Position numbers and translations under genes: made by a program
From: Chiloscyllium plagiosum
Taxonomy: Eukaryota
DNA length: 64,000 nt
Direction: 5' to 3'
NCBI RefSeq assembly: GCF_004010195.1
Contig: NC_057719.1
Span: 23,546,313-23,610,312, forward strand
Notes under the pieces: generated by a model
Seen by the model: only the letters and a program-made list of their open reading frames with translations
Database searches by the model: none
Told to the model about the DNA's origin: nothing
Shown here: one piece after another, positions 12,910-26,169 of the stretch
Numbering within the stretch: position 1 is the first letter of the stretch
How the letters are laid out: every line of letters starts with the position of its first letter

Positions 12910-13344
12910 GTAAGTGCAGAATAAGTAGATGAACTGAATCCTTTAAAAACAAAATTGTTCCATCATTGTTTTCACAATGCTAACAACTTGGATTTATAGC
13001 ACCTTTAAGGTAAGCAGGCAGGTATTTATTGGACTCTTCAGAGGTGTCAAGATGAAATCTTCCTTTTCTTCCATTGATATATTTTGTTCACTTTTATGAT
13101 CCACACCTCAAAAATGCTGGAAGTCCTATAGGTGGCTTTGCTAGCCCCATAATGTGTGGGTCTTGACCATCACAAAGAAATGTGGCCTTGTGGACTTTCC
13201 TGTCATGATAAATAACAGTTTTTTTTTGTGGCAACTTATTGACATAGATCAAAGCAATTGCAAGGTCCTTGCTTCACTTCCCACCATAACATGTTTCAAC
13301 TTTAAACATTAAAGGATAATCAGGTAAAACATGATAAATCAGCC

Positions 13345-13461
13345 ATGATGTGGAGGAGCCGGTTTTGGACTGGGGTGGACAAAGTTAACAATCACACAAC
13401 ACCAGGTTATAGTCCAAATAAGCCTGCTAGACTATAATCTGGTGTTGTGTGATTTTTAACT
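13345..13461. mobile_element. Mini-palindromic PLE pLTR-end insertion
   Basis: aatcacacaacaccaggttatagtc ... gactataatctggtgttgtgtgatt form inverted arms of the same pLTR terminus. Confidence 0.8.
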
Positions 13462-13924
13462 ATGATATACAGTCTGGTTGCACCCACATTAAAAAATGTC
13501 GCCAAGTGCACACTCATTCAAGACATGGGCACGACTATTTTGCAGTCATCATTACAGGTGTTCCTATGATCCCACAATTTAGTGTGGCATATCTCTACTT
13601 CTGTTTGTTGGCATGGTCATATGCCAATGTGTGCCTTTGGCTAATCAGAGGTCAGCAGTCCAGAACCTGACTTATCATGGACATTGTTCTGTTGGTTTTC
13701 CTATTCTGTCGGTGGGAATGGTGGACAGCTCCACCACAACCAGAGGTTCAGGTTATCCAACTTTGACTCATTGTGTTCCACTATACCTGATGGAAGAGTG
13801 CCTCACTAACATTGGTCAGTAAGGAGAAATATGTGACCAATCACTAGGAAGGTTACTTGATGCTTTGGCTAATTTTATTTATTAAAATTAATGAATGAAA
13901 CAAAATTTGCCAATAACCATGCTA

Positions 13925-14255
13925 CATGATAACATGAAACAGGAGTGGGAGTAGGCCATTCAGCCCATCCTTCACACTCTGCCATTCAACGAGATCATGA
14001 CTGATCTCCTACTCTGACACCATTTTTCTGCACTGTCCACATCTAGCTTGATGGTTTTAACATGTAGAACTCTGTCTGTCTCAGTCTTGAACATGTTCGC
14101 CAACCAAGTCTCTACAGCCTGTTGGGACAGAGCATTACAAAAGTGAGTAAAGAAATTCCTCCACCTCTTAGTCCTGAATATCTGTCCCATATTTGAGAAT
14201 GTACCCACATGGGAAGTATCCTTCCTGCATCCACCTTACCAATTCTTGTAAGACT
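13925..14255 (-). mobile_element. CR1 3' end (older subfamily)
   Basis: ORF 13972-14208, RRNFFT-like ...NALSQQAVE...FKTETDR; tail gtaggccattcagccc. Confidence 0.8.
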
Positions 14256-14736
14256 GTTTGCATTTTTGAGGTTGTGCAATGGAAAAAAAAAGTGGGGGGG
14301 GGGATGTACATAGCAAAGTTGGCTGGAATAAATTGGGAAAGGATGTTAGCAGAAAAGAAAGTTGAGGAGAAATGGCAAGCATTTAAAAAAAAAGGTGCAG
14401 AGTTCATGACAAAGGTAAATCCAAACGAGAAGGAGGCCTCTAGAAAGGAGGTAAAATCACTATGGTTAACTAAAGAAGTTCAGGATAGCATTAAATTGAA
14501 AGAAAATAATACCATGTGGCAAAAATTGATGGTAAACTAGGAAGACCAGGACACCTTTGTTTTAAAGAAAATCAACAAAAGGTGACCAAAATAAAATAAT
14601 GAGAGAAAAATTAAATTATGGGGGCAAACTAGCAAGTAATATAAAAAGGACAGTAAAAGCTTCTATAAAAATATAGAAAGGAAGACAGAGGCTAAAGTGA
14701 ATGCGAAGCCCTGAGAGAATGATGTTGGGGAAATGA

Positions 14737-14912
14737 TAAAAACTAAAAGAACTACGATGCTAGAGATCAGAAACAAAAGCAGAAATTGCTGCAAAAACTC
14801 AGCAGGTCTGACAGCATCTGTGGAGAGAAATCAGAGTTAACATTTCAAGTTCAGTGACCCTTCTTCAGATCTGCTGAGCTTTTCCAGCATTTTCTGTTTT
14901 TGTTGTTGCCGT
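14737..14912. mobile_element. Short PLE-derived insertion with partial inverted arm
   Basis: TSD TGTTGGGGAAATGA at 14723-14736 and 14913-14926. Minus-strand ctgaagaagggtcactgaacttgaaatgtt is a degenerate hammerhead. Confidence 0.85.
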
Positions 14913-15496
14913 TGTTGGGGAAATGACAATGTGGAACCAGAAAACAGCAGGGGAGTTAAATACTTTACATCAGCTCTGATGGGAGAGTGCACTAATAGCA
15001 TTCCAAAAATACTAAATAATCAAAGTGTTAAAGCGGACGAGGAAATAAACACAAAAACCATCACAAGAAAAGAATGCTAGCAAAAGGAACGGGGCTAAAA
15101 GTCAAGATATTCTCTCGATTTGATAGGATTTTAAACAAAGTGATGACAGAGACACTGGTAATAATTTCCCAAGAATCCCTAGATTCTGGAAAAGCTCCAG
15201 ACCAGCAAAAAATTTCCAATGCAATGACTTTATTTCAAAAAGGAAGGAAACAGAAAACAGATAACTATAGGCCAGTTAGTTTAATATCTGCAACTGGGGA
15301 AATATTAGAATTCATTATGATGATAAAAATGTTCTATCAGAGCATTTATAATTTAGAAACACATCACAAAGTGAAGCAGCATCAGTTCGGTTTCATGAAA
15401 GGGAAATCATTTATTACAGTGTTCTGAGGAGGTAAAAAGCAGTACTGATAAAAGGGAACAAGTAGATGCAACATATTTGGTATTCTAAAAGTTGTT

Positions 15497-15690
15497 TAGT
15501 GGTGGATGTCGGTACAATTTCTATGTTTAAAAGATATTTGGGCAGATACATGAATAGGAAAGGTTTTGAGGGATATGGGCCAGGAGCAGGTAGGGTAGGA
15601 CAAGTTTAGTTTGGGATAATGTTCAGCATGGACTGGTCAGACCAAACGGTCTGCTTATGTGCATGAATCTATGACTGTACGACTGTAAGA
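15497..15690 (+). mobile_element. CR1 3' end, heavily 5'-truncated
   Basis: tttaaaagatatttgggcagatacatgaataggaaagg...tctatgactgtacgactgta tail. Confidence 0.8.
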
Positions 15691-15859
15691 GCCTGTGGTG
15701 ATGGAAGTCTTACATTAATTATTGAACAGAAGGCAGAGAATTGGGATAAATGGGACATTTTCAGGATGAAGTCCTGGAATTAGTGGGGTTCCACAAGGAT
15801 CAGTGCTGGACCCACAATTAATTATAATATACATTAATGATTTGATTAGACTTCAGCTG

Positions 15860-16182
15860 GGGGTGGCATGGTACCTCAGTGGTTCACACTGCTGCCTCAT
15901 AGCACTAGGGATCAGGCTTCTTTTCCAGTCCCAGGTGACTGTCTATGTGAAGTTTGCACACTCTCCCCATGTCAGTATGGGTTTCCTCCCACAGTCCAAA
16001 GGTATGCAGCTTTGGTGAATTGGTCATAGGAAATGCAGGGTTATGGGGATAGGGTAACTGGGTGGGATGCTGTTTAGAGGGTCAGTGTTGACTAGGATAC
16101 TGTTTGGAGGATCAGTGTGGACTCAGTGGACTGAATGGCCTGATTCCGCTCTGTGGGGATTCTATGATGATTCCATGATTCT
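15860..16182 (+). mobile_element. HE1-type tRNA-derived V-SINE
   Basis: tRNA-like head ggtggcatggtacctcagtggttcacactgctgcctc; V-domain gtgaagtttgcacactctcccc...cccacagtccaaag; CR1-like tail ggattctatgatgattcc. Confidence 0.85.
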
Positions 16183-16194
16183 AAGTGAATGTAC

Positions 16195-18122
16195 AGGCAA
16201 GGATTGATTGGGGATTTTTGGCAGACGTTCGCAGGTAAAGAGACGGCTGGAAAATGGGAAGTCTTCAAAAATGAGATAACAAGAGTTCAGAGCCAGTATA
16301 TTCTTGTTATAGGGTGAAAGGCAAGGCTCGTCGGTGTAGGGAATGCTGGATGATGAGAGAAATTGTGGTTTTGTTAAGAAAAAGAAGGAAGTATGTGTCA
16401 GGTATAGACAGCAGAGATCGAGTGAATCCTTAGAAGAGTATAAAGGCAGTAGGAGTATACTTAAGAGGGAAATCAGGAGGGTAAAAAGGGGACACGAGAT
16501 AGCTTTGGCAAATACGGTTAAGGGCAATCCAAAGGGGTTTTAGAAATACATTAAGGACAAAAGGGTAAGCAGGGAGAGAATTGGACCCCTCAAAGATCAG
16601 CAAGGCAGCCATTGTGTGGAACTGCAGGAGATGGGGGTGGTAGTAAATAAGTATTTTGCATCAGTGTTTACTCTGGAGATAGACATGGAAAATATAGAAT
16701 GTGGGGACATAGATGGTGACATTCGAAAAATGTCCATATTACTGAGGAGGAAGTGCTGGATGTCATGAAACGCATAAAGGTGGATAAATCCCCAGGACCT
16801 GGACCTCTGTGGGAAGCTCGGGAAGTGATTGCTAGGCTTCTTGCTGAGATATTTGTATCATCAATAGTCACAGGTGAGGTGCTGGAAGAGAGAAGGTTGG
16901 CTAATGCGGTGCCACTATTTAAGAAAGGTGGTAAGGAAAAGCCAGGGAACTATAGACTGGCGAGCCTGACATTGGTGGTGGGAAAGTTATTGGAGGGAAT
17001 CCTGAGGGACAGAATGTACATGTAGTTGTAAAGGCAAGGACTGATTAGGAATAGTCAACATGGCTTTGTGTGTGGAAAATCATGTATCACTAACTTGATT
17101 GAGTTTTTTGAAGAATTAACAATGAGGGCAGAGAGGTGGACGGGTTCTATATGGACTTCAGTAAGGCATATAACAAGGTTCCTCATGGTCTTTTTTTTTC
17201 AGTTATATAAATGATTTAGATGTGAACATAGGAAGTATAATTAGTAGGTTTGCAGATGACACCAAAATTGGAGGTACGGCTGACAGCGAAGAAGGTTACC
17301 TCAGAGTACAATGGGATCTTGATCAGATGGGCCAATAGGCTGAGGAGTGGCAGACGGAGTTTAATTTAGACAAAATCCAGTTTAGCTACTGCAGTTTGGA
17401 AAGGCAAATCAGAACAGGACTTATATGCTTAATGATAAGGTCCTGGGGAGTGTTGCTGTACAAAGAGACCTTGAAGTGCAGGTTCACTTGAAAGTGGAGC
17501 CTCAGGTCGATAAGATAGTGAAGAAGTAATTTAGTATGCTTTCCTTTATTGGCCAGAACATTGTGTATAGGAGGTCATGTTGCGGCTATACAGGCCATTG
17601 GTTCGGCCACTTTTGGAATATTGTATGCAGTTCTCGTTTCCCTGCTATAGGAAGGATGTTGTGAAACCTGAAAGGATTCAGAAAAGATTTACAAGGATGC
17701 TGCCAGGTTGGGAGTGCTTGAGCTATTGGGAGAGACTGAATAGGCTGGGGCTATTTTCCCTGGAACATCGAAGGCTGAGGGGTGACGTTATAAAGGTTTA
17801 TAAAATCAGGAGGGGCATGGATAGGGTAAATAGACAAGGTCTTTTCCCTAGGGTGGGGGAGTCCAGAAGTAGAGGCCATAGGGTTAGGTTGGGAGGGGAA
17901 AAGTTTAAAAGGGAGCTGATAGGCAAAGGGTGGTGCGTGTATGGAATGAGCTGCCAGAGGAAGTGGTGGAGGTTTGTACAATTACAGCATTTAAAAGGCA
18001 TCTGAATGAGTATATGAATAGGAAGGGTTTAGAGATATGGGCCAAATTAATTTAAGCTATCTGGTTCGTATAGATGAGTTGGCCTGAAGGATCTGTTTCT
18101 GTGCTGTACAGCTCTATGACCC
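16195..18122 (+). mobile_element. CR1 (HER1-like) ORF2, 5'-truncated, with internal deletions
   Basis: ORF pieces KSPGP...NYRLASLT, FADDTK and LRLYRPLVRPLLEYC; tail gctctatgac. Confidence 0.92.
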
Positions 18123-18264
18123 TAATAGAGGAGTTGAATATTTTTGAAGTGGATAACCACTGCAGAAAGCTGCAGCGCAGAGGTATTTTGAGGTCCTCCT
18201 GCATGGACCACAGAAAGCTAGCATCTAAGTTCAGTAAGTAATAGGGCAGGCAAATGGACTATTG

Positions 18265-18530
18265 TGACAATGACCAGGTAGTCTGTTTCACTGGTTTTGA
18301 GTGAGGTGTAAATATTGGCCAGGGCACCAGTGATAATTCCTCTTCTCTACTTCAAAATGGGTTCATGGAATCTTTAATATCCAATAAGTTCAAGTTTCTT
18401 GCCCTGAAGACAGTACCTCCAACAATGCATTACGATGCTGTTAGCTGAGCTTCTTGTACTCAAATCTGTGGAATCAGGCTTGAACTAACAACTTTCTGAC
18501 TCAGATACAAAGTGTTACCCATTTAGCCAT
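18265..18530 (-). mobile_element. DeuSINE (SacSINE1-like), tRNA head plus Deu domain
   Basis: Reverse complement begins tggctaaatgggtaacactttgtatctgagtcagaaagttgttagttcaa and includes ggtgccctggccaatatttacacctca...aacagactacctggtcattgtc. Confidence 0.75.
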
Positions 18531-19604
18531 GGATAAGTTGTGCTTGCTGTCAATTTCTTTATTTTCACATGAAATGGTATTATTTACCCTTATTCCTGTT
18601 TAGATAGAAGCATGTGGTATAGGTAACCTCTAATTTGATAAAAATAAATGAGAATTGTAGTTGAGTTATTATGAGTTAAATCTACAAGGACCTTCTGTGA
18701 GCATTAAACTGAAATTACGACCTATTTACATGTAAATTACATGTTGATGTCTTAAACCTGTAAACTTGATTCTGGTAACAGATTATAGGCAAGCAATTCA
18801 AGGCACGAGGTCAAATGGGCCAAATTCTGGGTTTTAGCTCTGAAGATCCAATAAAGATATTCAATAGTACCAACAGAAGTTGTCTAAGAGTGTCTAATGT
18901 TTATAATAATGTTGACCCTTAGTGCAATAAACTAACAGAGACTGATATTACTATCACGATTTGTAAGATTCAGCTAGATTTAACTCATGGAGGATTCCAT
19001 TACTGTACCTTCCCAGCAAAATCAATACAATAACAATCAATATAGTGCACAGTACCATTTTATGTTTATGAATCAGCTAATGAAAATTGCCTGTTTACTG
19101 TTTTTTTTTAAAAGGAACAGCTTTTTTTTATTTTTATGAGTCTATAAATGACCTTGCAATACCACAGTAATACTTGAATGCTTTCAGGAAAGTAGCATAA
19201 TGGATCCAGTCAATCTTGAAATAGACAATCTCACAATGAAATTAAATTGCAATCATGGCTGCTAAAAATTGTTTCTTTGGGGGGTCAGAAATGAACTAAT
19301 TTTTCAAGGGTTTAATCTAATATAATTTGGTTAGAGAGAGGCAAATAAATCTCTTTCAACTAGTAGAACTGCTGTCTACTGGGGTATATAATGTATATAA
19401 TGTATGGGAATTTTGTGGCTAGAAAGATGGTGGCAATGTATCTGGTGACATATCTTATGGAAGTTGTACTATGCACCATGCCATGTCTGAGGAAATACTG
19501 GTTTTTGCGATCCATTTAACAAGAGCTCAACTGTATGTTCTTCAGTTGTCTAATAATTTCCATCCTTGGTTGCAAGGCAAGTAGGGTCTTTTTGGTGATA
19601 TGAA

Positions 19605-19735
19605 CTGTTCTGATGAAGACTCAGACTCAGAATGTTAGCTCTGCTTTCTCCCTATAGATAATACCAGACCTGCTGAGTTTCACCAGCTATTTCTTTTTTG
19701 TTTCAGATCTCCAGCATCACAGTTCTTTGTCTTAT
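19605..19735 (+). mobile_element. Short PLE pLTR fragment beginning at the hammerhead core
   Basis: gttctgatgaag...ccagacctgctgagtttcaccagc...cagatctccagcatc. Confidence 0.7.
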
Positions 19736-20020
19736 CATAAATGACTGCATTCTGCTTGCTTTTCTAATTGCTTGCTATACCTGTATTATAACTCTTTGTG
19801 ACAAGGCACCCCTATCCCTCTGTACCTAAAAGTAATGCAATCTCTCTGTATTTAAATAATATGCTACATTTCTACTCTTCCTGCCAAAGGGGACAAGTTC
19901 ACCTTTATCCAGATTAAACATCATCTCACAATGTTTTACCAACTCAATTAATCTAATCCTTTGCAGACTCTTTATGTCATCTTCACAACTTGCTTCCCTA
20001 CCAATCTTTGGTTCCTTCAG

Positions 20021-20132
20021 AGTTGAGAGTGTGTTGCTGGAAAAGCACAGCAGGTCAGGCAGCATCTCAGGAGCAGGAAAATTGACATTTTGGGCTGGAG
20101 CCCTTTAACAGGAACCCTTCAGCCCTGGTTCC
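20021..20132 (-). mobile_element. Short PLE-derived insertion
   Basis: TSD TTGGTTCCTTCAG at 20008-20020 and 20133-20145; body gtgttgctggaaaagcacagcaggtcaggcagcatc. Confidence 0.85.
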
Positions 20133-20294
20133 TTGGTTCCTTCAGCCAAGTCTTTGACATAAATTGGAATTAATTGAGGCTCTAAGACTCTTCCATTTGT
20201 CACATCCTGTCAACTTGAAAATGACCCATTATACTTACCCTCTGCTTCCTACTAGCTAACCAATTTTCTATTCATGCTAATATGCTAACCCTAT

Positions 20295-20840
20295 TAGCGA
20301 TTTTTGAGAAGATTTGTAGCTCAGGTTGATGATAAGCATGTAAGTTAGCTTGCTGAGCTTAAAGGTTTGTTTTCAGATGTGTCATCACCATGAGTAGGTA
20401 ACATCATCAGTGAGAGTCTCCAGTGAAATGCTGGTGGCATGTCCCACCTCTCTATTTATAGGTCTTGGTTTCATAACTAGCCACCAAAAGACGCAACCCA
20501 CTATCACTAGTTTCTATACATATAGACAAAGAAGGACATCATTTTGACTGGGACAACACACACATCCTAGGACAGGCGAAACAAAGACATGCACAAGAAT
20601 TCTTAGAGGCATGGCATTCTAACCAGAACTCCATCAATAAACTCATTGATTTAGATGCTATCTACCTTCCCTTGAAGAAAAACCAGAAATGACATGACCC
20701 ACCTTAAGGAACCAACCTACATATAGAGTTGGGACATTCCACCAGCGCTTCACCAGAGACTCTCACTGATGATGTTACCTAGTATGGTGACAAAACATCT
20801 GAAAACAAACCTTCAAGCTCAGAGAGCTAACTTACATAAT
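20295..20840. mobile_element. Poseidon/Penelope-type PLE 3' fragment (+) with inverted pLTR (-)
   Basis: GIY-YIG C-terminus (EGHHFDWDNTHILGQAKQRHAQEFLEAWHS). 20340-20470 is inverted relative to 20710-20837. Degenerate TSD TATG(C/T)TAACC(C/T)TAT at 20281-20294 and 20841-20854. Confidence 0.88.
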
Positions 20841-21379
20841 TATGTTAACCTTATACCAGGACTGCTTATTTTCCAGGGCAATCTTTAAAATGCCATCATA
20901 TCAAATACCTTCTGGAAATTTAAATAAAATATATTCACTGGTTACCCTTTAACTCCTTCTCATTGAATACCTCATAGGTGGTCAGTGCAGTTTAAGCTAG
21001 TAATATTGCAACACAAGGAAGAGGATGATCTTTGAGCCTTACATCTTGTCAACCTGCACCACGCTGACTGGGCTTGAGTAAATGTGGTGCCCCAAATCAG
21101 GAAGAATTCTTTGCAAGGGGTTCTTCGTGGCTTAGCTTGGAGGTTATGAAGTTCCAGTGTCACCACTAACCTCTTATGGGCGTTCTTTTGTATCCAACAT
21201 GGTATTCAGTCATGTATACATATTTTTGGAGAGAATTGCACAAGATGCCATATTTCATCTTCCAGAAGTGGGTGGGGTAGTCGGGTCATGACGTTAAACT
21301 GCGTGCAACACTGATTTAACATGGCAGTACCATGTTGAAACTAAATGTTTCATTTTCTTAAATCTTCCATGGGACTTAG

Positions 21380-21555
21380 ATTTCACTGACATGGTCAGTG
21401 TTTGTTGCCCATGCTTAATTGCCCTTAAATGGAACGGTTGCTCAGCCATTTTAGAGGATAGTTAAGAGTCAGCCACATTGCTATGGTAGAGCAAACCAGG
21501 TATGGAAGATAGATTTCCTTCCCTGAAGGATACTAGCAAACTAGATGGAGTGTGC
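21380..21555 (-). mobile_element. tRNA-SINE 3' part (family of 42565-42918)
   Basis: ttgcccatgcttaattgccc...gttaagagtcagccacattgct...agatttccttccctgaagga. Confidence 0.65.
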
Positions 21556-21694
21556 TCCAAAGGTTACATTTGTGATTTGTGAGTAATGGATTGAACTATC
21601 ACAGACACACTGGAACAGCTGCAGTTTTGTGTAAAACAAATGCAGTGAATGAGATGTGATCATGTGGACAACTTATCAGCTGAATCTGTGACTT

Positions 21695-22128
21695 CATAGA
21701 GTCATAGAGATGTACAGCATGGAAACAGACCCTTCGGCCCAATTCGTCCATGTTGACCAGATATCCCAACCCAATCTAGTCTCACCTGCCAGCACCCAGC
21801 CCCTATCGCTCCAAATCCTTCCTATTCATATACCCATCCTGATGTCTTTTATATGTTGTAATTGTACTAACCTCCACCACTTCCACTGGCATTCCATATA
21901 CATACCACCCTCTGCATTTAAAAGTCGCCCCTTAGATCTCTTTTATATCTTTCCCCTCTCACCTAAACCTATATCCTCTAGTTTTGGACTCCCCCACCCC
22001 AGGGAAAAGACTTTGTCTATTTATCCTAACCATGCCCCTCATGATTTTATAAACCTCTATAAAGTCGTCCCTCAGCCTCTGATGCTCCAGAGAAAACAGC
22101 CCCAGCCTATTCAACCTCTCTCTATAAC
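21695..22128 (-). mobile_element. CR1 3' end
   Basis: catagagtcatagagatgtacagcatggaaacagaccc tail; ORF2 C-terminal homology. Confidence 0.92.
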
Positions 22129-23589
22129 TTGTACTGTGTAAAAAGTGGTGAACAGCGAGTGCAAATTAAAGTTTTATGTCAAAATTCTTTAAAAGCAGGA
22201 GGAAGCATGATACACCTTAAAGAGTTGTTCAGTGTTTTGAATAATTGTGAAGAAATCTCGAGATTTTCTGAGCCCTGTTTTCATACATTCCTATCAGCTA
22301 CATCATAGAAGCATCTGTAGTGTGTACGCCAAATGTATGTATGGTATTAATTCACCTGATACATTGCACCAAGGCCAAATGTTTGAGATATTTGCCAGAA
22401 CAACACGCATAGAGTTAACAGTTGAAGCAAAATTATGCATCTTACAGACTAATCAATTAGCCTTTAATATTCTTTGTAAGAATCAGTTGATAGTGTTAAA
22501 ATTCAAGTCCATTTCCCCATTAAACAACATATAGTGAATATAAGGTAATAATGTTTTAGGTCATAGAGGAAGTATATGTTAACTTGTTTTTAAGACATGA
22601 TTACTAGAAGATATGTATCAAATGTTACACAATCCTGCAAGAAAAGAAAATGAAGTTGGAAAAAATGTTTAAGCCAAAGCTTTTGGAATATTCTAAATCA
22701 TCAACAGGGACTTATAGAATATGAATAGACCCTGCAAAATCTGCACAGTCTGAAATCTCAACTTTTCCAGCAAAAAGAGGCCTACATTAGACTATATATT
22801 TTATTTATATTAATACAAAATAAATGTGTATTATCTGAGATGCTTTTTCATGCATAATACCAAAATGCAATCAAATTTAATTCAAAATAGAAAGAATATT
22901 AATCCCATTTTCAGACAACATTACTAAAACTATTTGATGATCTCAAAGAATTTAACATGAATTTTGTAAAGAAATTTCAGAGGTTGAAAAATGTAAGGAG
23001 ATTTCTTTTCACTCACCTCACAACTTAGGTCAAGTCACAGTTCTGCAAGTAATAATGTAAAAAATAATTACACTTTGGAATGTAATTTGTGTTAAATGAT
23101 CCATTCATTTTCTTGTCTGAGCAACACAGCCATTCACTTGAATTTTGATGAAAGTGAGAGGCAATGTTAATGGCAATTAAGTCTTTGTATCATTGCACAT
23201 TGCTCTTGGATTTACCAGTTTTCCACAGTAAAACATAAGATTTCTGGGTCCAAGCAGAACCCACACTTCTCAGGCAACCCGACTTCAGACTTACCTATTA
23301 CACTGGATTAAACATATATCCCCTTTCAACCTAATTTGATCATTAATTTCCATCTTTCAGGGAATACCTTCAAATGTTACAATCATAAAGCTTGAGGAAC
23401 AGCTTACCCTCATAGCATTTATTCAGTTTTTGACTGCAATTGAAGCCCTGAGGCCACAATGACATTGGAGGGACTAAAGTCAGATGATGTTAGTGATTTG
23501 TTACTGTCCATTTTTCTTTATTCCAAAGACCACTTTTATCCACTGAATTCATTTGCAGCTGGAAATAATTACCCACTATGAGACAAAAT

Positions 23590-25290
23590 TAACAATAACT
23601 TCAGCCAGAAGTTCCAAGCGAGTGGCCCATCACAGCTTCCTCCTGCATTACAGATGTCAGTCTTCAGCCAATTCAATTTATTACATGTGGTATTAAGAAA
23701 TAGCTGAAGGCTCAGAATACCTCAAAGGCCATGAGCACTAAAGAAATTCTGGTGATCGTATTGAAGAATTGTACTCCAGAGCTACCTGCTGAAGAAGGGC
23801 CTGTGCCCAAAACGTCGAATCTCCTGTTCCCTGGATGCTGCCTGACCTGCTGTGCTGTTCCAGCAATAAAGTTTCAACTTTGATCTCCAGCATCTGCAGA
23901 CCTCACTTTCTACTCCAGAGCTAGCCACACTACTATACAAGCTGTTCCTTGTACATCTATAACAATGGCATTTACCTGGCAATATGAAAGCAGGACAAGT
24001 CCAAACCAGCCTATTACTCTCCAGTTAGTCTACGCTCACTTTTAATAAAATGATGGAAGGAGTTGCCAGCAGTACAATCCAGCAGCACTTACTTAGCAAT
24101 AACCTACTCGTTGACAACCAGTTTGAGTTCTGCCAGGACCACTCAGCTCCTGACCTCATTACAGTCTTTATCCAAACATTGATAAAAGAGCTGAACTCCA
24201 GAGGTGATGTGGCATTGAGGAGCATTAGCAAAACTGCAGTGAATGGGAACCAGGGGGAAAACTCACCTCTGGTTGGCATCATACCTGATGCAAAAGGATA
24301 TAGTAATGATTGTTGGAGGTTGATCAGCCCATCTCAAAGACATCACTCAGCTACTCCTGAAGGTTGTGTCATAGATCCAACCATCTTCAGTTCCTTCATC
24401 AATGACCTTTTTTAGATTACAAGAATAGAAGTGGGGCTGTTCATAATCATGTAGTAGATACTAAAGAAATCTATATTCAAATGCAACAAGACCTGAAAAA
24501 CATTTAGGCTTGTGCTGATAAGTGGCAAGTAACATTAACACATGTGCAATCTTCACATGACTACCTCCAAAGAACAGCGAATGCAACAAACACTCCTTGA
24601 TATTCAATCACTTTGCCATCACTGAGACCGCACTATCAAATTCCTGGGGGTTAGTATTATCTAGAGTAGTGATATAAATACTTTGGCTACAAGAAAAGGT
24701 CAAAGACCAGGAATCCTGCAATGAGTAACTCACTTTTTTACCATTCCAAAATCTATTCAGCATCTAAAAGACTAAGGTCAAGAGTGTAATGGAATACTCT
24801 CCACTAACTTGGATGAATGCACCTTCAACAACACTCAGGAAACTCAATACCTTTGAGACCAAAGCATGTCAAATGACTGGTAACCTATCTATCACCTTCA
24901 ACAATCAATCCCTTCAGTACCAATCTAACACATCGTCATTGTGTATCATTCACAAAATGCACTGTCAGAACGCACCAAGCCTTCTTCAACAGCACCTTCC
25001 AAACTCACAATCTATGCCATTTAGAAAGACAAGGGCACCAAATACTTGGAAACACCTCCAGCAGCAGGAAGATACTCTCAAAGCCACATCCCATCCTGAC
25101 TTGGAACTGTTTTGCTGTTCTTTCACTTTCATTGTGCCAAAATCTTGGGAACTCCCTTCATTCAATATGTCTACATGCTAAGGACTGCAGCAGTTTAAGA
25201 AGGCAGTTCAGCCACCACCTTCTCCACGGCAATTATGGATGAACAATAAATGCTAGGCTAGCCAGCGATATCCAAACCCATGATCAAATG
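23590..25290 (+). mobile_element. Old CR1-group (L2/Crack-like) LINE RT and 3' end
   Basis: KMMEGV...HLLSNNLLVDNQFEFCQDHSAPDLIT; PEGCVIDPTIFSSFINDL; MEYSPLTWMNAPSTTLRKL; tail caataaatgctaggctagccagcgat. Confidence 0.85.
23785..23910 (+). mobile_element. Short PLE-derived insertion starting at the hammerhead
   Basis: TSD TACTCCAGAGCTA at 23772-23784 and 23911-23923; ctgaagaagggcctgtgcccaaaacgtcgaat (GAAA mutated). Confidence 0.9.
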
Positions 25291-26169
25291 GTCAAAACAA
25301 ATTGTTAAGGATTGCATGGACAGAATGTTGGGATTTCTGACATTTCAAAATGTTTATGTTGTCTGATCTTTTCATCAGTGGTTCTGCATTCCATCTCATT
25401 CAAATGTCTATTAAGTGAGCTATTATTGTCTTTGTATTGTTAATTGTGTAATCCATTCTTGGACTATATCAATATACCATTATACAGTTATCAATGCATT
25501 TATATTTGGCCCATAGTAAGTCAGAATTTCTTCAGTCACTATAGCAGTCATGGTTAGAACAAGAATGTAAAAATCATTCCAATGCATATATTCATGTTTA
25601 GTTCTCTCATTCCTTTCTATCTCTAAGTGTAAAATTTCTGCTTTGCTCTTTGGAAATCCTTTCTTTTCTAATCTCAGGAAAACAATTAAGTCAGGAAGTA
25701 ATGCTTCAGATCATGGAAGGGTGTCTGAATGCAAGAAGCAACCATCAAACTAGATTCTTCAATTAAACGTAGAGCTTCTGTGAACAGAATCTTCAGAATA
25801 ACTCTGTCATCCATGTTATTAACTGCAAGTTCTGAGAAGTACTTACTCAGAATATTATTCTCCAAAGTTTGTTAATTAACACCTTTGATTATTTTGAGCA
25901 AATTAAAACTTATTGGGGGGTGAAATTGGTCCAAACCTGTAATGCAAAATGGGTTTACAGTGGACCAGTAGTTGGCTTTTTTCACTACGTCCATTCTTTG
26001 TAATTGATGTGCAAAGAACAATAGTTCAAACTCATGTTAACTTGTCTTATTGCCTCTTTTATTTAATTTGAAATGAAAAATCCCTACAATATTTTCCTAT
26101 GCAATGGAAAATTTAAAAAACTAACGCATTGTATAAATTGCTTGCTGTTTGGCCATCAGTTTGTTTTGT

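Larger units (their letters stand above)
14300..18260 (+). mobile_element. Old CR1 ORF2 remnant (14300-15860 and ~18130-18260) hosting nested insertions
   Basis: INWERMLAEKKVEEKWQAFK, NYRPVSLIS and GVPQGSVLDPQL remnants. Interrupted by a PLE, a CR1 tail, an HE1 SINE and a younger CR1. Confidence 0.75.
19735..20960 (-). mobile_element. Old CR1 RT remnant interrupted by two PLE insertions
   Basis: KIGREASCEDDIKSLQR...MMFNLDK (ORF 19826-20065). Confidence 0.7.

Noticed and set aside
15860..15930. tRNA-like sequences (also at 18480, 42840, 52130, 61640)
   Set aside because: These are degenerate SINE heads followed by SINE bodies, with no complete cloverleaf.
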